Below, one piece after another: positions 1 to 10,597 of a DNA stretch of 64,000 nucleotides. Position 1 is the first letter of the stretch. Each line of letters begins with the position of its first letter. The stretch is from an uncultured delta proteobacterium (GTDB taxonomy: Bacteria > Myxococcota_A > Polyangia > Polyangiales > Polyangiaceae), in NCBI GenBank assembly GCA_963806225.1, contig CAWDXG010000004.1:3040001-3104000 (forward strand). Reading direction: 5' to 3'. The notes beneath the pieces were generated by a model. That model made no database searches, was not told the origin of the DNA, and saw only the letters and a program-made list of their open reading frames with translations. The position numbers were made by a program, and so were the translations under genes.

Positions 1-361
1 CGACGATGTGATCGAACGGCAGCTTTGTATCGCCGTGCGGAACGTTCGGGCCTATCGTCGTCGTCGTCAAGTCACCGGGCCCGTACGTGCAGCCCTGTCG
101 GTCGTTGGCGTGCACGTCGTACGGGGGCGGCCCGACCGGTGCATCGCTGCCCGCATCGCCGACAGTGCCCCCGGTGCCACCCGTCGCACCAGCACTGCCT
201 CCCACGCCGGCGTCGGCACCGGCCGCGCCAGAAGCCCCTGCCGTACCGGCGCTGCCGCCGCCCGCTCCGGCGCTGCCGCCGCTACCGCTGCTGCTGCCGT
301 CCCCGCCGCCACAGGCGACGAGCAGCGCCGCCGTACAGGCGGCGAGAAGAATCCTACGCAC
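1..361 (-). CDS. Lipoprotein, probable phosphoesterase/phospholipase C family; N-terminal part only, runs off the window
   Basis: GTG at 361 after GAGG. Reads VRRILLAACTAALLVAC (lipobox), a Gly/Ala linker, then KLPFDHIV(V), like the start of the 'IxHVVVLMQENRSFD' phosphoesterase motif. Not in the ORF track. Confidence 0.55.
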   Translation of the reverse strand, partial: MRRILLAACTAALLVACGGGDGSSSGSGGSAGAGGGSAGTAGASGAAGADAGVGGSAGATGGTGGTVGDAGSDAPVGPPPYDVHANDRQGCTYGPGDLTTTTIGPNVPHGDTKLPFDHIV

Positions 362-484
362 TTTTCTACCTCCCCGAAGCCACGAGCCTGATCCCAGCAT
401 AGACTCACGATGCCGCCTGCGTCGAGCCGAAGCGTTGCGGCAGCGCCAGACAGCCCGGCTGATGGCTGGTACAATGGGAGAGTT

Positions 485-1393
485 GTGAGCCGGATACTTG
501 ACTGGGCAGCGGCGGGGATTGCGGGCGTCCTGCTTGCGGCTTGCGCGACCTCGGTCGGCAACGACTCGATCGCGACCAATGACCCCGGCACGTTCGACAG
601 CGGCCCGGACGCAGGTGTCCCGGACGCGACTCCCTGGCCCACGGGCGGCAGTGGCGGCTATGCGGGAGGCGGCGGCTATGCGGGCAGTGGCGGCTATGCC
701 GGCACCGGAGGCAGCGCAGGAACCGGAACCGGCGGCAGCTCAGGAACCGGAACCGGCGGCAGCGCAGGAACCGGAACCGGCGGCAGCAGCGGCAGCTGTA
801 CGCCCGGGCAGATCCACGACGTCGGCCCGTGCGCCAAGTGCGGCACACTGCGCCAGACGTGCGACTCGTCGGGGCAGTGGGGTACAGCAACGTGTGTCAA
901 CCAGGGAGTGTGCGACCCGAACTCGCAGGACTCGCAGTCGTGCAACAGCTGCGGCACCAAGACCCGCACCTGCCAGCAGAACTGCACCTGGGGAAGCTGG
1001 GGCAGCTGCCAGAGCGGCGGGCAGTGCTCGCCGGGGCAGACGGATAGCCAGGCGTGCGGCAACTGCGGCAGCGGCACGAAGACCCGCACCTGCGACAATA
1101 GCTGCAACTGGGGCGCGTGGAGTGGCTGCCTGGGCTCGAGCGGTTGCACGCCCGGGAACACGCAGACCCAGACGGGGAACTGCAAGTGCGGCAAACAGAC
1201 GCGGACCTGTACCAGCAGCTGCACCTGGGGCGGCTGGGGCAGCTGCTCGACCCAGTGCAAATGGAACAGCGGCACGACGTGGCAGTGCTGCGGCGTGAGC
1301 AAGTGGAAGTTCTGTGCTTCCGACGGTTGCTGGAATCCGTGCGCCTACAGCACCAATGCGTCCTGCTGTACGGGCTCCGGCGGGACCTGCTAG
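485..1393 (+). CDS. Cys-rich repeat lipoprotein with 4 TSP1-like repeats
   Basis: GTG at 485; lipobox LLAAC; Gly-rich linker; four ~38-aa C-PG-C-CG-TRTC-WGxW-C units; Cys/Trp C-terminal domain. Confidence 0.75.
   Translation: MSRILDWAAAGIAGVLLAACATSVGNDSIATNDPGTFDSGPDAGVPDATPWPTGGSGGYAGGGGYAGSGGYAGTGGSAGTGTGGSSGTGTGGSAGTGTGGSSGSCTPGQIHDVGPCAKCGTLRQTCDSSGQWGTATCVNQGVCDPNSQDSQSCNSCGTKTRTCQQNCTWGSWGSCQSGGQCSPGQTDSQACGNCGSGTKTRTCDNSCNWGAWSGCLGSSGCTPGNTQTQTGNCKCGKQTRTCTSSCTWGGWGSCSTQCKWNSGTTWQCCGVSKWKFCASDGCWNPCAYSTNASCCTGSGGTC
710..781 (+). repeat. In-frame 24-bp tandem repeat x3 (GSAGTGTG)
   Basis: ggcagc(g/t)caggaaccggaaccggc at 710, 734 and 758. Confidence 0.9.
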
Positions 1394-1422
1394 CGCGGAG
1401 TTGAAACGGGAGAACTCAACGG

Positions 1423-2052
1423 ATGCACGTCCAGCTTTCTCCGCCCACGCTGATACTTCTCGCGTCCCTTGGCGCAACGGTGGCCTGCGGGGGCAAGGTC
1501 GGCGCTATCGCCACCAACGAGATATGGGACGACGGCGGAGCCGGCGTGGCGGGCGCCGACGCGGGCAATGCCGGCTTCCCCGGGACGGGCGGCGCCGGCG
1601 GAGCGGCTGGCGCGGCTGGACAGGGCGGCACGGCTGGACAGGGCGGCACGGCTGGACAGGGCGGCAGCGCCGGGGCGCCGACCGTGTGCAACCCGGGCGA
1701 CACGCGCGACGTGGGCAGCTGCAGCAAGTGCGGTACGAAGCGGGAAACCTGCGACAACACCGGCAACTGGGGCGCGGCGCAGTGCGAGGGTCAAGGCGCG
1801 TGCACCCCGGGCCAGACCCAGAACCAGAGCTGCGACGACTGCGGCGACACCCAGACCCGCACCTGCGACAACAGCTGCAAGTGGGGGGCCTTCAGCAAGT
1901 GCCCGGGCGCCTGCGACTGGAAGCAGGGCACGAACTGGCGCTGCTGCGCCGCCGGCTCCTGGGAGTTCTGCCTGGGCAAGTGCCAGTGGAGCGGCGGCTG
2001 CTCGGCCAACTCCAACGCCTCGTGCTGCACCGGCGCCGGCCCGCGCTGCTGA
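1423..2052 (+). CDS. Cys-rich repeat lipoprotein, paralog of 485-1393, with 2 repeats
   Basis: Lipobox ATVAC; shared IATN motif, repeat unit and C-terminal WxCC...W.FC...SNASCCTG domain. Confidence 0.75.
   Translation: MHVQLSPPTLILLASLGATVACGGKVGAIATNEIWDDGGAGVAGADAGNAGFPGTGGAGGAAGAAGQGGTAGQGGTAGQGGSAGAPTVCNPGDTRDVGSCSKCGTKRETCDNTGNWGAAQCEGQGACTPGQTQNQSCDDCGDTQTRTCDNSCKWGAFSKCPGACDWKQGTNWRCCAAGSWEFCLGKCQWSGGCSANSNASCCTGAGPRC
1613..1666 (+). repeat. In-frame 18-bp tandem repeat x3 (AGQGGT)
   Basis: cggctggacagggcggca at 1613, 1631 and 1649. Confidence 0.9.
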
Positions 2053-2091
2053 GCGCGCCGCCGACCCCGGCCGGCGACGCGCTCCCGGGGG

Positions 2092-3129
2092 TCACTTGCA
2101 GCTTGCCGGATCGCCGAGCGTGCACTTGGCGTTGACGCACACCGCCGGCTGCAGGCACGTGGGGCCCTTCTGGGCGTCACACGAATCGCCGTCCGCCGCG
2201 GCGGCCTGACACGTCCCCTGAGTCTGGCCAGTCGGGATGGCGCAGTGCCCGCCGGCGCCGCATGCGATGACTCCGCCGCTCACCAGCCCACAGGGCTTCC
2301 CGGAATCGACAACCTGGAGCGCCTCGCAGACATTGGTGGAGGGATTGCAGAACAGCCCCGCCAACGTGTCGCACTCCCCGCTCTTGCAGGCCTTGCCGGC
2401 GCCCACCGGCTGCGCGCACGTCCCGGACGCGCAGACCAGTCCCGCCTTGCAGTCACGAGCATCGGTACAATTACCGCCACCGTCCACCGGCTGCGCACAG
2501 ACGCTCTTGCTGTTGCAGACGAGGCCGCTCTGGCATCCGTCGTTCGACGTGCACGCCTTGCCTGCCGCGGCGCGATCCGCGCAAGCGCCGCAGATGCCGT
2601 TCGACACGCTGCAGTAGGCGCTCTTGCACTGGTTGTTGGAGCCGCAGGCCTTGCCGTTGACCAACGAGCCCGCGATGTTGCACTCGCTCGGACTCTGGAT
2701 GCCCCGCGCGAGGTCCGCGCAATCCAGCTTGGAGAAGGCCGTTGCGCAGGCGCCCAGCTGGGCGGGCGTCACCGACGCTCCGGGTGCGGTGGTCCCGCTC
2801 TGGCAGGTGATCGTGGCGCGGGTCGCGCAGGTCTGGACGTCGCCGTACGTGAGCTTGATCAGCGTGGGCGAGCACTGCTCCAGCTTGTTGCAGACGGCTG
2901 TCGCCACCGCCGAGCAGTCACCGCTACCGGTGCCGCCGGTACCTGCCGTGCCGCCGGTGCCCGCCGTACCGCCGGTGCTACCGCCGCTGCCGCCGGTGCC
3001 TGCCGTGCCGCCGGTGCTGCCGCCGCTGCCGCCATTGCCGTTTCCGTTGTCGCTGCCGCCGCACGCGCTGGTCAGGGCCAGCGCGCAGACAGAAACCAGC
3101 GTGCCCAGAATCAAGGAACGAATACGCAT
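2092..3129 (-). CDS. Cys-rich surface lipoprotein (Dickkopf/EB-like Cys modules)
   Basis: ATG after GAGGAGG; lipobox LTSAC; Gly/Thr linker; repeated G.AC....C.SGLVC modules. Confidence 0.75.
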   Translation of the reverse strand: MRIRSLILGTLVSVCALALTSACGGSDNGNGNGGSGGSTGGTAGTGGSGGSTGGTAGTGGTAGTGGTGSGDCSAVATAVCNKLEQCSPTLIKLTYGDVQTCATRATITCQSGTTAPGASVTPAQLGACATAFSKLDCADLARGIQSPSECNIAGSLVNGKACGSNNQCKSAYCSVSNGICGACADRAAAGKACTSNDGCQSGLVCNSKSVCAQPVDGGGNCTDARDCKAGLVCASGTCAQPVGAGKACKSGECDTLAGLFCNPSTNVCEALQVVDSGKPCGLVSGGVIACGAGGHCAIPTGQTQGTCQAAAADGDSCDAQKGPTCLQPAVCVNAKCTLGDPASCK

Positions 3130-3212
3130 AATGCCTCCTCCTCTGCCATGGTACGCGACTCTCGCGCGGGCTCCTAGTCCCGCCGCCCCGACGCCTTTTC
3201 CATGCGTATCTG

Positions 3213-4196
3213 TCAGCCGAGCAGGTCCTTGACGGTGTCCCGCTCTCCCACCAGCTCGTCGTTGGTCGCCTTGAGCTTACCCTTGGCGAACTCGCCCATT
3301 TCGTAGCCCTTGACGACCTCGTAGCTGCCGGACTCGGTCGTCTTGACGGGCACGCCTGCCCAGATCCCCTCGCTGAAGCCGTACGAACCGTCGCTCGGCA
3401 CGGCCACCGAGTGCACCGCGCCGGGCGTGATCAGATCCCGTACCGTGTCGACCAGCGCGTTCGCAGCCGAGGCGGCCGAGCTCGAACCGCGCGCCTTGAT
3501 GATCTCGGCGCCGCGCTTGCCCACCTTCGGCAAGAACTCGTTCTCGAGCCAGACCTTGTCACCGATCACGTCGGCCGCCGGCTTGTCGCCGATGGTCGCG
3601 TGCGTGAAGTCGGCGAACATACTGGGGCTGTGGTTGCCGTAGATGTAGATGTCCGCGACGTCGGTCACCGCGACGCCGGCCTTCTTCGCCAGCTGGGTGG
3701 CCGCGCGGTTCTGGTCGAGGCGCACCATGGCCATGAAGCGCTCCTTCGGCAGGCGCTTGGCGTGCGCGGCGGCGATCATGCAGTTGGTGTTGCAGGGGTT
3801 GCCGACCACGACCACGCGGCAGTCATCCGCAGCCACCTCGTCGATGGCCTTGCCCTGCCCGACGAAGATCTTCCCGTTGTCCTTGAGCAGGTCGGCGCGC
3901 TCCATGCCGGGTCCGCGCGGCTTGCTTCCGACCAGCAGACACCAGCTCGCGTCCTTGAACGCCAGCTTCGGATCGTCCGTCAGCACCATATCCGCGAGCA
4001 GCGGGAAGGCGCAGTCGTCGAGCTCCATGGCCACGCCCTTCAGCGCCTGCTGCGCTTTCTCGACCGGGATCTCGAGCAGCTGCAGGATGACCGGCTGGTC
4101 CTTGCCCAGGAGCTGACCGGAGGCAATGCGGAAGAGCAGGCTGTAACCGATGTTTCCGGCGGCTCCGGTGACCGCCACGCGCACGGGCTTCTTCAT
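3213..4196 (-). CDS. mdh: Malate dehydrogenase
   Basis: [56 protein letters not shown] upstream. Confidence 0.95.
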   Translation of the reverse strand: MKKPVRVAVTGAAGNIGYSLLFRIASGQLLGKDQPVILQLLEIPVEKAQQALKGVAMELDDCAFPLLADMVLTDDPKLAFKDASWCLLVGSKPRGPGMERADLLKDNGKIFVGQGKAIDEVAADDCRVVVVGNPCNTNCMIAAAHAKRLPKERFMAMVRLDQNRAATQLAKKAGVAVTDVADIYIYGNHSPSMFADFTHATIGDKPAADVIGDKVWLENEFLPKVGKRGAEIIKARGSSSAASAANALVDTVRDLITPGAVHSVAVPSDGSYGFSEGIWAGVPVKTTESGSYEVVKGYEMGEFAKGKLKATNDELVGERDTVKDLLG

Positions 4197-4444
4197 GGTG
4201 TTCTTCTCCAGCTGGGCAGCCCCGCACACGACGGGAGCGGGGCGCGGCATTCCGTCCGCTGGCTAGCTACTCCGTACGAGTGCTTGGCGCAAAGGTTCTC
4301 CCACAGCGCCCTGATGCACGCTTGTTGCAGCAGCGCGATGCCGATCCTGCTCAGATGTACGGTTGTCCCCGGGTGGACGCTGGACTAGTTCGCATGCCGG
4401 CCCGCGGTCTTGTCCATCGGCCGCGCCGTCCCCCAGGACAACCC

Positions 4445-5645
4445 ATGAAAATCCACGAATACCAGGGCAAGCAGATCTTCGCTCGCTACGGCATCCCCAT
4501 TCCGAGCGGCATAGCCGTGCTTCTCGGCCGACGAGGCCGAAAAGGCGGCGAAGAAGTTGATCGACGAGACGAAGAATCCCGTCGTGGTCGTCAAAGCGCA
4601 GATCCACGCCGGCGGTCGCGGCAAGGGCGGAGGCGTCAAGGTCGTCAAGGGCGGGCCCGGAGAAGCACGCCAGGTCGCGGAGAAGCTGCTCGGCATGCAG
4701 TTGGTGACCCACCAGACCGGACCCGCAGGCCAGAAGGTGCGTCGGCTCTACGTCGAGCAGGGCCTCGACATCGCCCGCGAGCTGTACGTCGGACTCGTCG
4801 TCGATCGCGAGCGGCGCCGCGTAGCGATGATGGCGTCGACGGAAGGCGGCGTGGAGATCGAGAAGGTCGCCGCCGAGACCCCCGAGAGGATTCTCACCGA
4901 GCACATCGATCCGCTGCTCGGCCTGGCCGGCTTCCAGGCGCGCAAGCTCGCGTTCGGGCTCGACGTGGGGCGCGGTACGCCGAAGCCCAAGGACACCGTC
5001 AAGCAGTTCGTCGCCACGCTCCAGAAGCTTGCAGACCTGTTCGTGCGGGAAGACTGCTCGCTCTGCGAGATCAACCCGCTCGTGATCACCAAGCAGGGCG
5101 ACGTCGTCGCCCTCGACTCGAAGATCAACTTCGACGACAACTCCGCCGGGCGCCACAAGGACTGGGCCGAGCTGATGGACAAGGACGAGGAGGATCCGGT
5201 CGAGCTCGAGGCCAAGGACGCCGGACTCAGCTACGTGTCCCTCGACGGCGACATCGGCTGCCTCGTCAACGGGGCGGGCCTCGCGATGTCGACCATGGAC
5301 ATCATCAAGCACCACGGCGGCAACCCGGCGAACTTCCTCGACGTGGGCGGCGGCGCCAACAAAGAACAGGTCGAGAAAGCCTTCAAGATGATCCTGTCGA
5401 GCCCGAAGGTGAAGGGCATCTTCGTGAACATCTTCGGCGGCATCATGAAATGCGACGTGATCGCGGAAGGCGTCGTCGCTGCGACCAAGGAGCTCGAGCT
5501 CACGGTTCCTCTGGTGGTGCGGCTCGAGGGCACGAACGTCGACAAGGGCAAGGAGATCCTCAAGCAGAGCGGCCTGAGCATCCAGGCAGCCGACACGATG
5601 GCCGACGGCGCGAAGAAGATCGTCGAGGCCGTGCGCGCCGGCTGA
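4445..5645 (+). CDS. sucC: Succinyl-CoA ligase beta subunit; frameshift near 4510, likely a sequencing error
   Basis: MKIHEYQGK, then [29 protein letters not shown] and NFLDVGGG in the next frame. Confidence 0.93.
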
Positions 5646-5673
5646 GGCCGGAACTTTCCAGGAAAGAACGACA

Positions 5674-6569
5674 ATGGCAATTCTGGTCAACAAGGACACG
5701 CGCGTCGTCGTCCAGGGCATCACCGGCTCGGCCGGCGCCTTCCACACCACCCAGTGCATCGCCTACGGCACCCAGGTGGTGGCAGGCTGCACGCCGAACC
5801 GGGGCGGCGAGACTTTCGAGGCCGAGGGCCCCGACGGAAAGAAGGTAGCCGTCCCGGTGTTCGACACCGTGGCCGAAGCGGTCAACAAGACCGCAGCCGA
5901 CACCTCCTGCATCTTCGTTCCGGCACTGGGCGCCGCCGACGCGATCCTCGAAGCCGTCGACGCCGGCTGCAAGCTCGTCATCTGCATCACCGAGGGCATC
6001 CCGGTCGATGGACATGATCAGGGTGCGGCGGGCGCTCGAAGGGTCGAGCACGCGACTGGTCGGACCGAACTGTCCCGGCGTCATCACGCCGGGACAGTGC
6101 AAGATCGGCATCATGCCCGGCCACATCCACAAGCCGGGGCGGTTCGGCGTGGTGTCGCGTTCCGGAACGCTGACCTACGAAGCCGTAGGCCAGCTCACCG
6201 CGCTGGGCATGGGCCAGTCGACCTGTATCGGCATCGGCGGCGACCCGGTCGGCGGCATGGACTTCATCGACGTGCTCAAGCTCTTCAACGACGACCCGGA
6301 AACCGAGGGCGTCATGATGATGGGCGAGATCGGCGGAAACGCGGAGGAGAAGGCCGCCGCCTGGATCAAGGCGAACATGAAGAAGCCCGTGGCCGGCTTC
6401 ATCGCAGGCGCTACCGCGCCTCCGGGCAAGCGCATGGGCCACGCGGGTGCCATCATCTCCGGAGGCAAGGGCACGGCGAAGGACAAGATCGCCGCACTCG
6501 AGGCCGCCGGGCGTCAAGGTGGCGCCTTCGCCCGCCGAGATGGGCAAGACGCTGCAAAGCATGTTGTAA
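5674..6569 (+). CDS. sucD: Succinyl-CoA ligase alpha subunit; frameshifts near 6007 and 6510
   Basis: [38 protein letters not shown] (phospho-His); corrected end ...[10 protein letters not shown]. Confidence 0.93.
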
Positions 6570-6684
6570 ATCCAGCGCGCATCACCTAAGAGGCATCCCG
6601 AGCGCGGCGGTGGAGCGGCTTTCCGGATCACGCACCCGCATCCCGCCTCGTCAGGCCACCCCGGGGGCGCCGGAGGAAGATCGA

Positions 6685-7104
6685 ATGGCTGTTCAGCGCA
6701 CTCTCTGCATCATCAAGCCCGACGCCGTCGAGAAGCGGAAGCAGGGAGCGATCCTGCAGCGTCTGCTCGACGAGGGCTTCAGCATCCTCGCCATGCGCCA
6801 GCTACAGCTCGGCCGAAAGCAGGCCGAAGGGTTCTACGCGGTCCACCGGGAGCGGCCCTTCTTCGGAGAGCTGGTGGAGTTCATGACGCGGGGCCCGGTG
6901 GTGGTCGTCGCGCTCGAGCGCGACAACGCCGTCCAGCACTACCGCGACGTGATCGGAGCGACCGACCCGGCCAAGGCGGCGGAGGGCACCATCCGCAAGC
7001 TGTACGGCACGAACGTCGGCGAGAACGCCGTGCACGGCTCGGATTCGGAGGACAACGGCCGAATCGAGTGCGCCTACTTCTTCGCCGGGCACGAGCTGTT
7101 GTAG
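6685..7104 (+). CDS. ndk: Nucleoside-diphosphate kinase
   Basis: [34 protein letters not shown] upstream. Confidence 0.96.
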   Translation: MAVQRTLCIIKPDAVEKRKQGAILQRLLDEGFSILAMRQLQLGRKQAEGFYAVHRERPFFGELVEFMTRGPVVVVALERDNAVQHYRDVIGATDPAKAAEGTIRKLYGTNVGENAVHGSDSEDNGRIECAYFFAGHELL

Positions 7105-7119
7105 GCTAGAGGGCGGGCC

Positions 7120-7971
7120 ATGTCGCTGGGCAGGCCACCCTCGTCGCGTCCTTCAACGGACGTCGACCCGCGGCTCGACGCGGCACGCGGCCTGGTGCGC
7201 GACGCCCTGGGCTCGCTGCGCAACCTCGAGCAACTGCTGAAGTCGCTGCGCGTCGGACCGAAGGCACTGTCGGCCGGTTATCCCCGACGTCCACGCATCC
7301 TGCACTCCGCTGCTGGGCGCGGCACGCGAGCTGCTCGAGGCTCTGCGCGAGCAGCTTCCCGAACCCGACGCGCCGGATGCGCTCGAAGCGTTCATCACGC
7401 CCCGGGTCGAAGCACTGGAGAAGGCCCTGGCCGGCGCCCAGCTCGGCCCCATCAACGCCAAGAACCGCCTGGCGCTGGAGGCAGCCGTGGCCGGATCCGC
7501 GCAGCGAGCTCGACGCCGCGCGCGCCTTGATTGACCTGCTCGAGGACGCGCTCGGCGGCCCGGCCGTGCGCGTGGACCTGCTCGAGCTCGTGCGCAGCGC
7601 GGCCCGGTCCACGGAGCGCGCCGAAGGCGACGGAGCGGCTGCGACACGAGCAACGCTGGCCGCGCCTTCCCGGCAGCATCGAGCTACTGGTCAACCCGCG
7701 GTTGGCGATGTGGCTGCTCGGGATTGGAGTTCAACTGATGGCCGACGAGACGAGCCCGACCATCCCGCGCGTTGTCGTCTGACAGCCGCGGAAGGCGAGT
7801 GCGGACTCCGCGTCGAGCATGGTCCCGGCGAGGGCGAGTCGATGTCACTCGTCAGCCGCGTGCTGATTGCGCCCAGCTTGCCCTGCGCACGACGCGGCGG
7901 CGCAGCTGGGCGGAGCGCGTCTCGTGCACGACGAGAGCGCCTGCACGATTCTCTGGCCGTCATCGGCCTGA
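7120..7971 (+). CDS. Hypothetical protein with a degenerate histidine-kinase-like layout; several frameshifts
   Basis: Pieces joined across frames: helical N-terminal region, then VDLLELVRSA...IELLVNPRLAMWLL...GLRVEHGPG...AAQLGGARLV...TILWP*. Confidence 0.45.
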
Positions 7972-8019
7972 GCGCGCTCTGGCTTGCGACCGCGCACACG
8001 CACCGGTATGCCGCTCGGC

Positions 8020-8848
8020 ATGACCGAAGCCGAGCTCAGAAAAGCCATCGAGGCGGCCTTCGCCGATCGCGCGCTGCTTGACCGACGACGAACACAGAAG
8101 CGCCGTGCTGGAAGCGATCGCGCTGCTCGACGCTGGCAGAGATCCGCGTCGCGACCCAGGACGGACCGGGGCGCTGGACGACCCACGCCTGGGTGAAGCA
8201 GGCCGTCCTGCTCTACTTCGGCGTGGCGAAGATGGAGAAGATGCGTGGCGGGACCGATGGAGTTCTACGACAAGATCCCGCTGAAGCATGGCCTGGATGC
8301 GGCCGGCGTGCGCGTCGTGCCCCCGGGCACCGTGCGCTACGGCGCGCTACATCGAGCCCGGCGCGATCGTGATGCCAGGCTACGTCAACATCGGCGCCTA
8401 GGTCGGGGCCGGCAGCATGGTGGACACCTGGGCTACCGTCGGCTCCTGCGCGCAGATCGGCAAGGGAGTGCACCTGTCGGGCGGCGTGGGGATCGGCGGC
8501 GTGCTTGAACCGCCGGGAGCCCAGCCGGTCATCGTCGAGGACGGCTGCTTCATCGGCTCGCGCTCCATCATCGTGGAAGGCATGCTGGTCGAGAGCGAAG
8601 CCGTGATCGGCGCCGGCGTCGCCCTCACAGCCTCCACGGCGATCATCGACGTGACGGGAGAAACGCCGGTCGAATACCGCGGTCGCGTGCCGGCGCGCAG
8701 CGTCGTCATCCCGGGCATGCGGCAGAAGCAGTTCCCGGCTGGCGAGTACCAGGTGCCGTGTGCGCTGATCATCGGTCAGCGCAAGGAGAGCACGGACAGG
8801 AAGACCACCCTCAACGCCGCACTCCGCGAGTTCAACGTCGCGGTCTAG
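8020..8848 (+). CDS. dapD: Tetrahydrodipicolinate N-succinyltransferase; several frameshifts and an in-frame TAG at 8399
   Basis: [59 protein letters not shown]. Confidence 0.9.
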
Positions 8849-8860
8849 CCGGAGCCGCTC

Positions 8861-9925
8861 GTGTCCCAGCTGGCCGAGACCCTGCTCTGGCTCTGCCGCA
8901 TTCCGTCGCCCATCGGCGAAGAAGCCGCGCTGTGCGACGCGATTGCCGCAGCGGCTCCTGAAGGTGTCGCTGGCGGCCCCTCTGCGGCGCTACGGCAACT
9001 CGCTGGTAGCGCCGCTGACCCGCGGAAGCAGAGGCCCGCATGTCGCGCTGGCGGGGCATCTCGACGTAGTGCGGACGGAGCACGACGCCCCGCCACGGAT
9101 CGAGGGCGAGCGGCTGTACGGACCCGGCGCGGCCGACATGAAGAGCGGGCTCGCGCTGATGCTGGATCTGGCGGAGAACGGCGCGCGTCCGCCCGTCGAT
9201 CTGACGCTGGTATTCTACGCGCGCGAGGAAGGGCCGTTCGAGGAAAACGAGCTGGGCCCGGTGCTCGCGGCGGATCCGGAGCTCCGCCACGCCGACATCG
9301 CCGTCGCGCTCGAGCCGAGCGACAACAAGCTGCAGCTCGGCTGCGGAGGCTCGGTGCACGCAACGGTGCGTTTCCACGGACGGACCGCCCACAGCGCCCG
9401 GCCCTGGCAGGGCGAGAACGCCATCCACAAAGCGGCCGCGTTGCTCGCCCGCCTGGCGCGCGCTCGACCCCGGAGCAGAGCGAGATCGACGGCCTGACGT
9501 GGACGCGCGTGACCAGCGCAACGCTCGCCCACGGCGGACGGGCCCGCAACATCATTCCCGACGCGTTCGAGCTGAACGTGAATCATCGCTTCGGTCCGGA
9601 TCGCACGCTGGATCAAGCCAAGGCGCACGTCATCGAGCTGGTCGGGGACGAGGCGGAAGTAGAGTTCGTGGACCTCTCGCCGGCCGCGCCGCCACTTCGC
9701 GATCACCCACTGGTCCAGGCGCTGGCCGACAGCGGCGTCGTGGCGGTCGAGCCCAAGCAGGCGTGGACGGACGTTGCACGCTTCGCGGCGCTGGGCATTG
9801 CCGCGGTGAATTTCGGTCCCGGCGTGCAGGCGCAGGCGCATCAGCGGAACGAGTGGACGCTGCTGCCGGCCTCTTGTCACAGGCCAGGACATCCTGCGCC
9901 GCTGGCTGGCTGCATCGCGCACTAG
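8861..9925 (+). CDS. dapE: Succinyl-diaminopimelate desuccinylase (M20, actinobacterial-like); frameshifted, 3' end approximate
   Basis: [57 protein letters not shown]; follows dapD. Confidence 0.85.
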   Translation: MSQLAETLLWLCRIPSPIGEEAALCDAIAAAAPEGVAGGPSAALRQLAGSAADPRKQRPACRAGGASRRSADGARRPATDRGRAAVRTRRGRHEERARADAGSGGERRASARRSDAGILRARGRAVRGKRAGPGARGGSGAPPRRHRRRARAERQQAAARLRRLGARNGAFPRTDRPQRPALAGRERHPQSGRVARPPGARSTPEQSEIDGLTWTRVTSATLAHGGRARNIIPDAFELNVNHRFGPDRTLDQAKAHVIELVGDEAEVEFVDLSPAAPPLRDHPLVQALADSGVVAVEPKQAWTDVARFAALGIAAVNFGPGVQAQAHQRNEWTLLPASCHRPGHPAPLAGCIAH

Positions 9926-10005
9926 CCCGCCGCCTTCCTTGCGGGAGCATGACCAGAGGGCTAGCCTGCCACGGCTCGATTCGTTCGCGCGCAGGTCTTC
10001 AGGGA

Positions 10006-10581
10006 ATGAAAGACAGAGCTCTCCCGGCGTTGTTGGCGGCTATGCTCGTCTGCGCCCCGACCGTGTCCGGATGCCGGAAGCATCGGAGCGTCCCCAGCCG
10101 GGAGAAGCCAGCTAGCTCGGCCGAGAAGAGCTCGCCCTCGCTCCTGACCGCAGGACCCCTGCAACGCGGGCTCGTGGCCCTACACAAGAAGCTCGGCAAG
10201 CCCATCAAGGCGCTCGAGCTGCTCGTCTTCCCGGATCACCTGATGTTGCAGGTGGAAGACCCGGACAAGCCCGACCAGGTCCTGCAGTACGAGTACCGCG
10301 ACGGCAAGGTGAGCGACGGCATACCTGTCGAGCTGCAGGGCAGCGGGAAGCTGTCCGACAACCTCTTCACGCTGGACGATATCAAGCTGGACGCCGTGCC
10401 GGAGCTGGCACGACAGGCCGTGCAGAAGGTCGACCCGAAGAACGGCAGGGTCAGCTACATGATCCTCAAGCGTAACCTGCCGTTCGACATGGACGTGCAG
10501 TACCGCGTATTCATGAAGAGCCCGCTCAGGGACGGCTACGTGGATGCCGACAAGAGCGGCAAGCTGGTCGAGGACAACTGA
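10006..10581 (+). CDS. Hypothetical lipoprotein
   Basis: Signal peptide ending TVSGC; ordered globular C-terminal domain; GC3-rich codons. Confidence 0.7.
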   Translation: MKDRALPALLAAMLVCAPTVSGCRKHRSVPSREKPASSAEKSSPSLLTAGPLQRGLVALHKKLGKPIKALELLVFPDHLMLQVEDPDKPDQVLQYEYRDGKVSDGIPVELQGSGKLSDNLFTLDDIKLDAVPELARQAVQKVDPKNGRVSYMILKRNLPFDMDVQYRVFMKSPLRDGYVDADKSGKLVEDN

Positions 10582-10597
10582 GGACGCTTCGCGGCAG

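Noticed and set aside
5674..7104. Apparent 476-aa SucD-Ndk fusion in the ORF track
   Set aside because: Produced by the frameshift near 6007; the middle section is off-frame nonsense, and ndk has its own SD and ATG at 6685.
8399..8401. In-frame TAG in dapD as pyrrolysine or readthrough
   Set aside because: It lies in the most error-dense stretch, at a position normally Tyr/Trp (one base change away), and no pyl genes are in the window.
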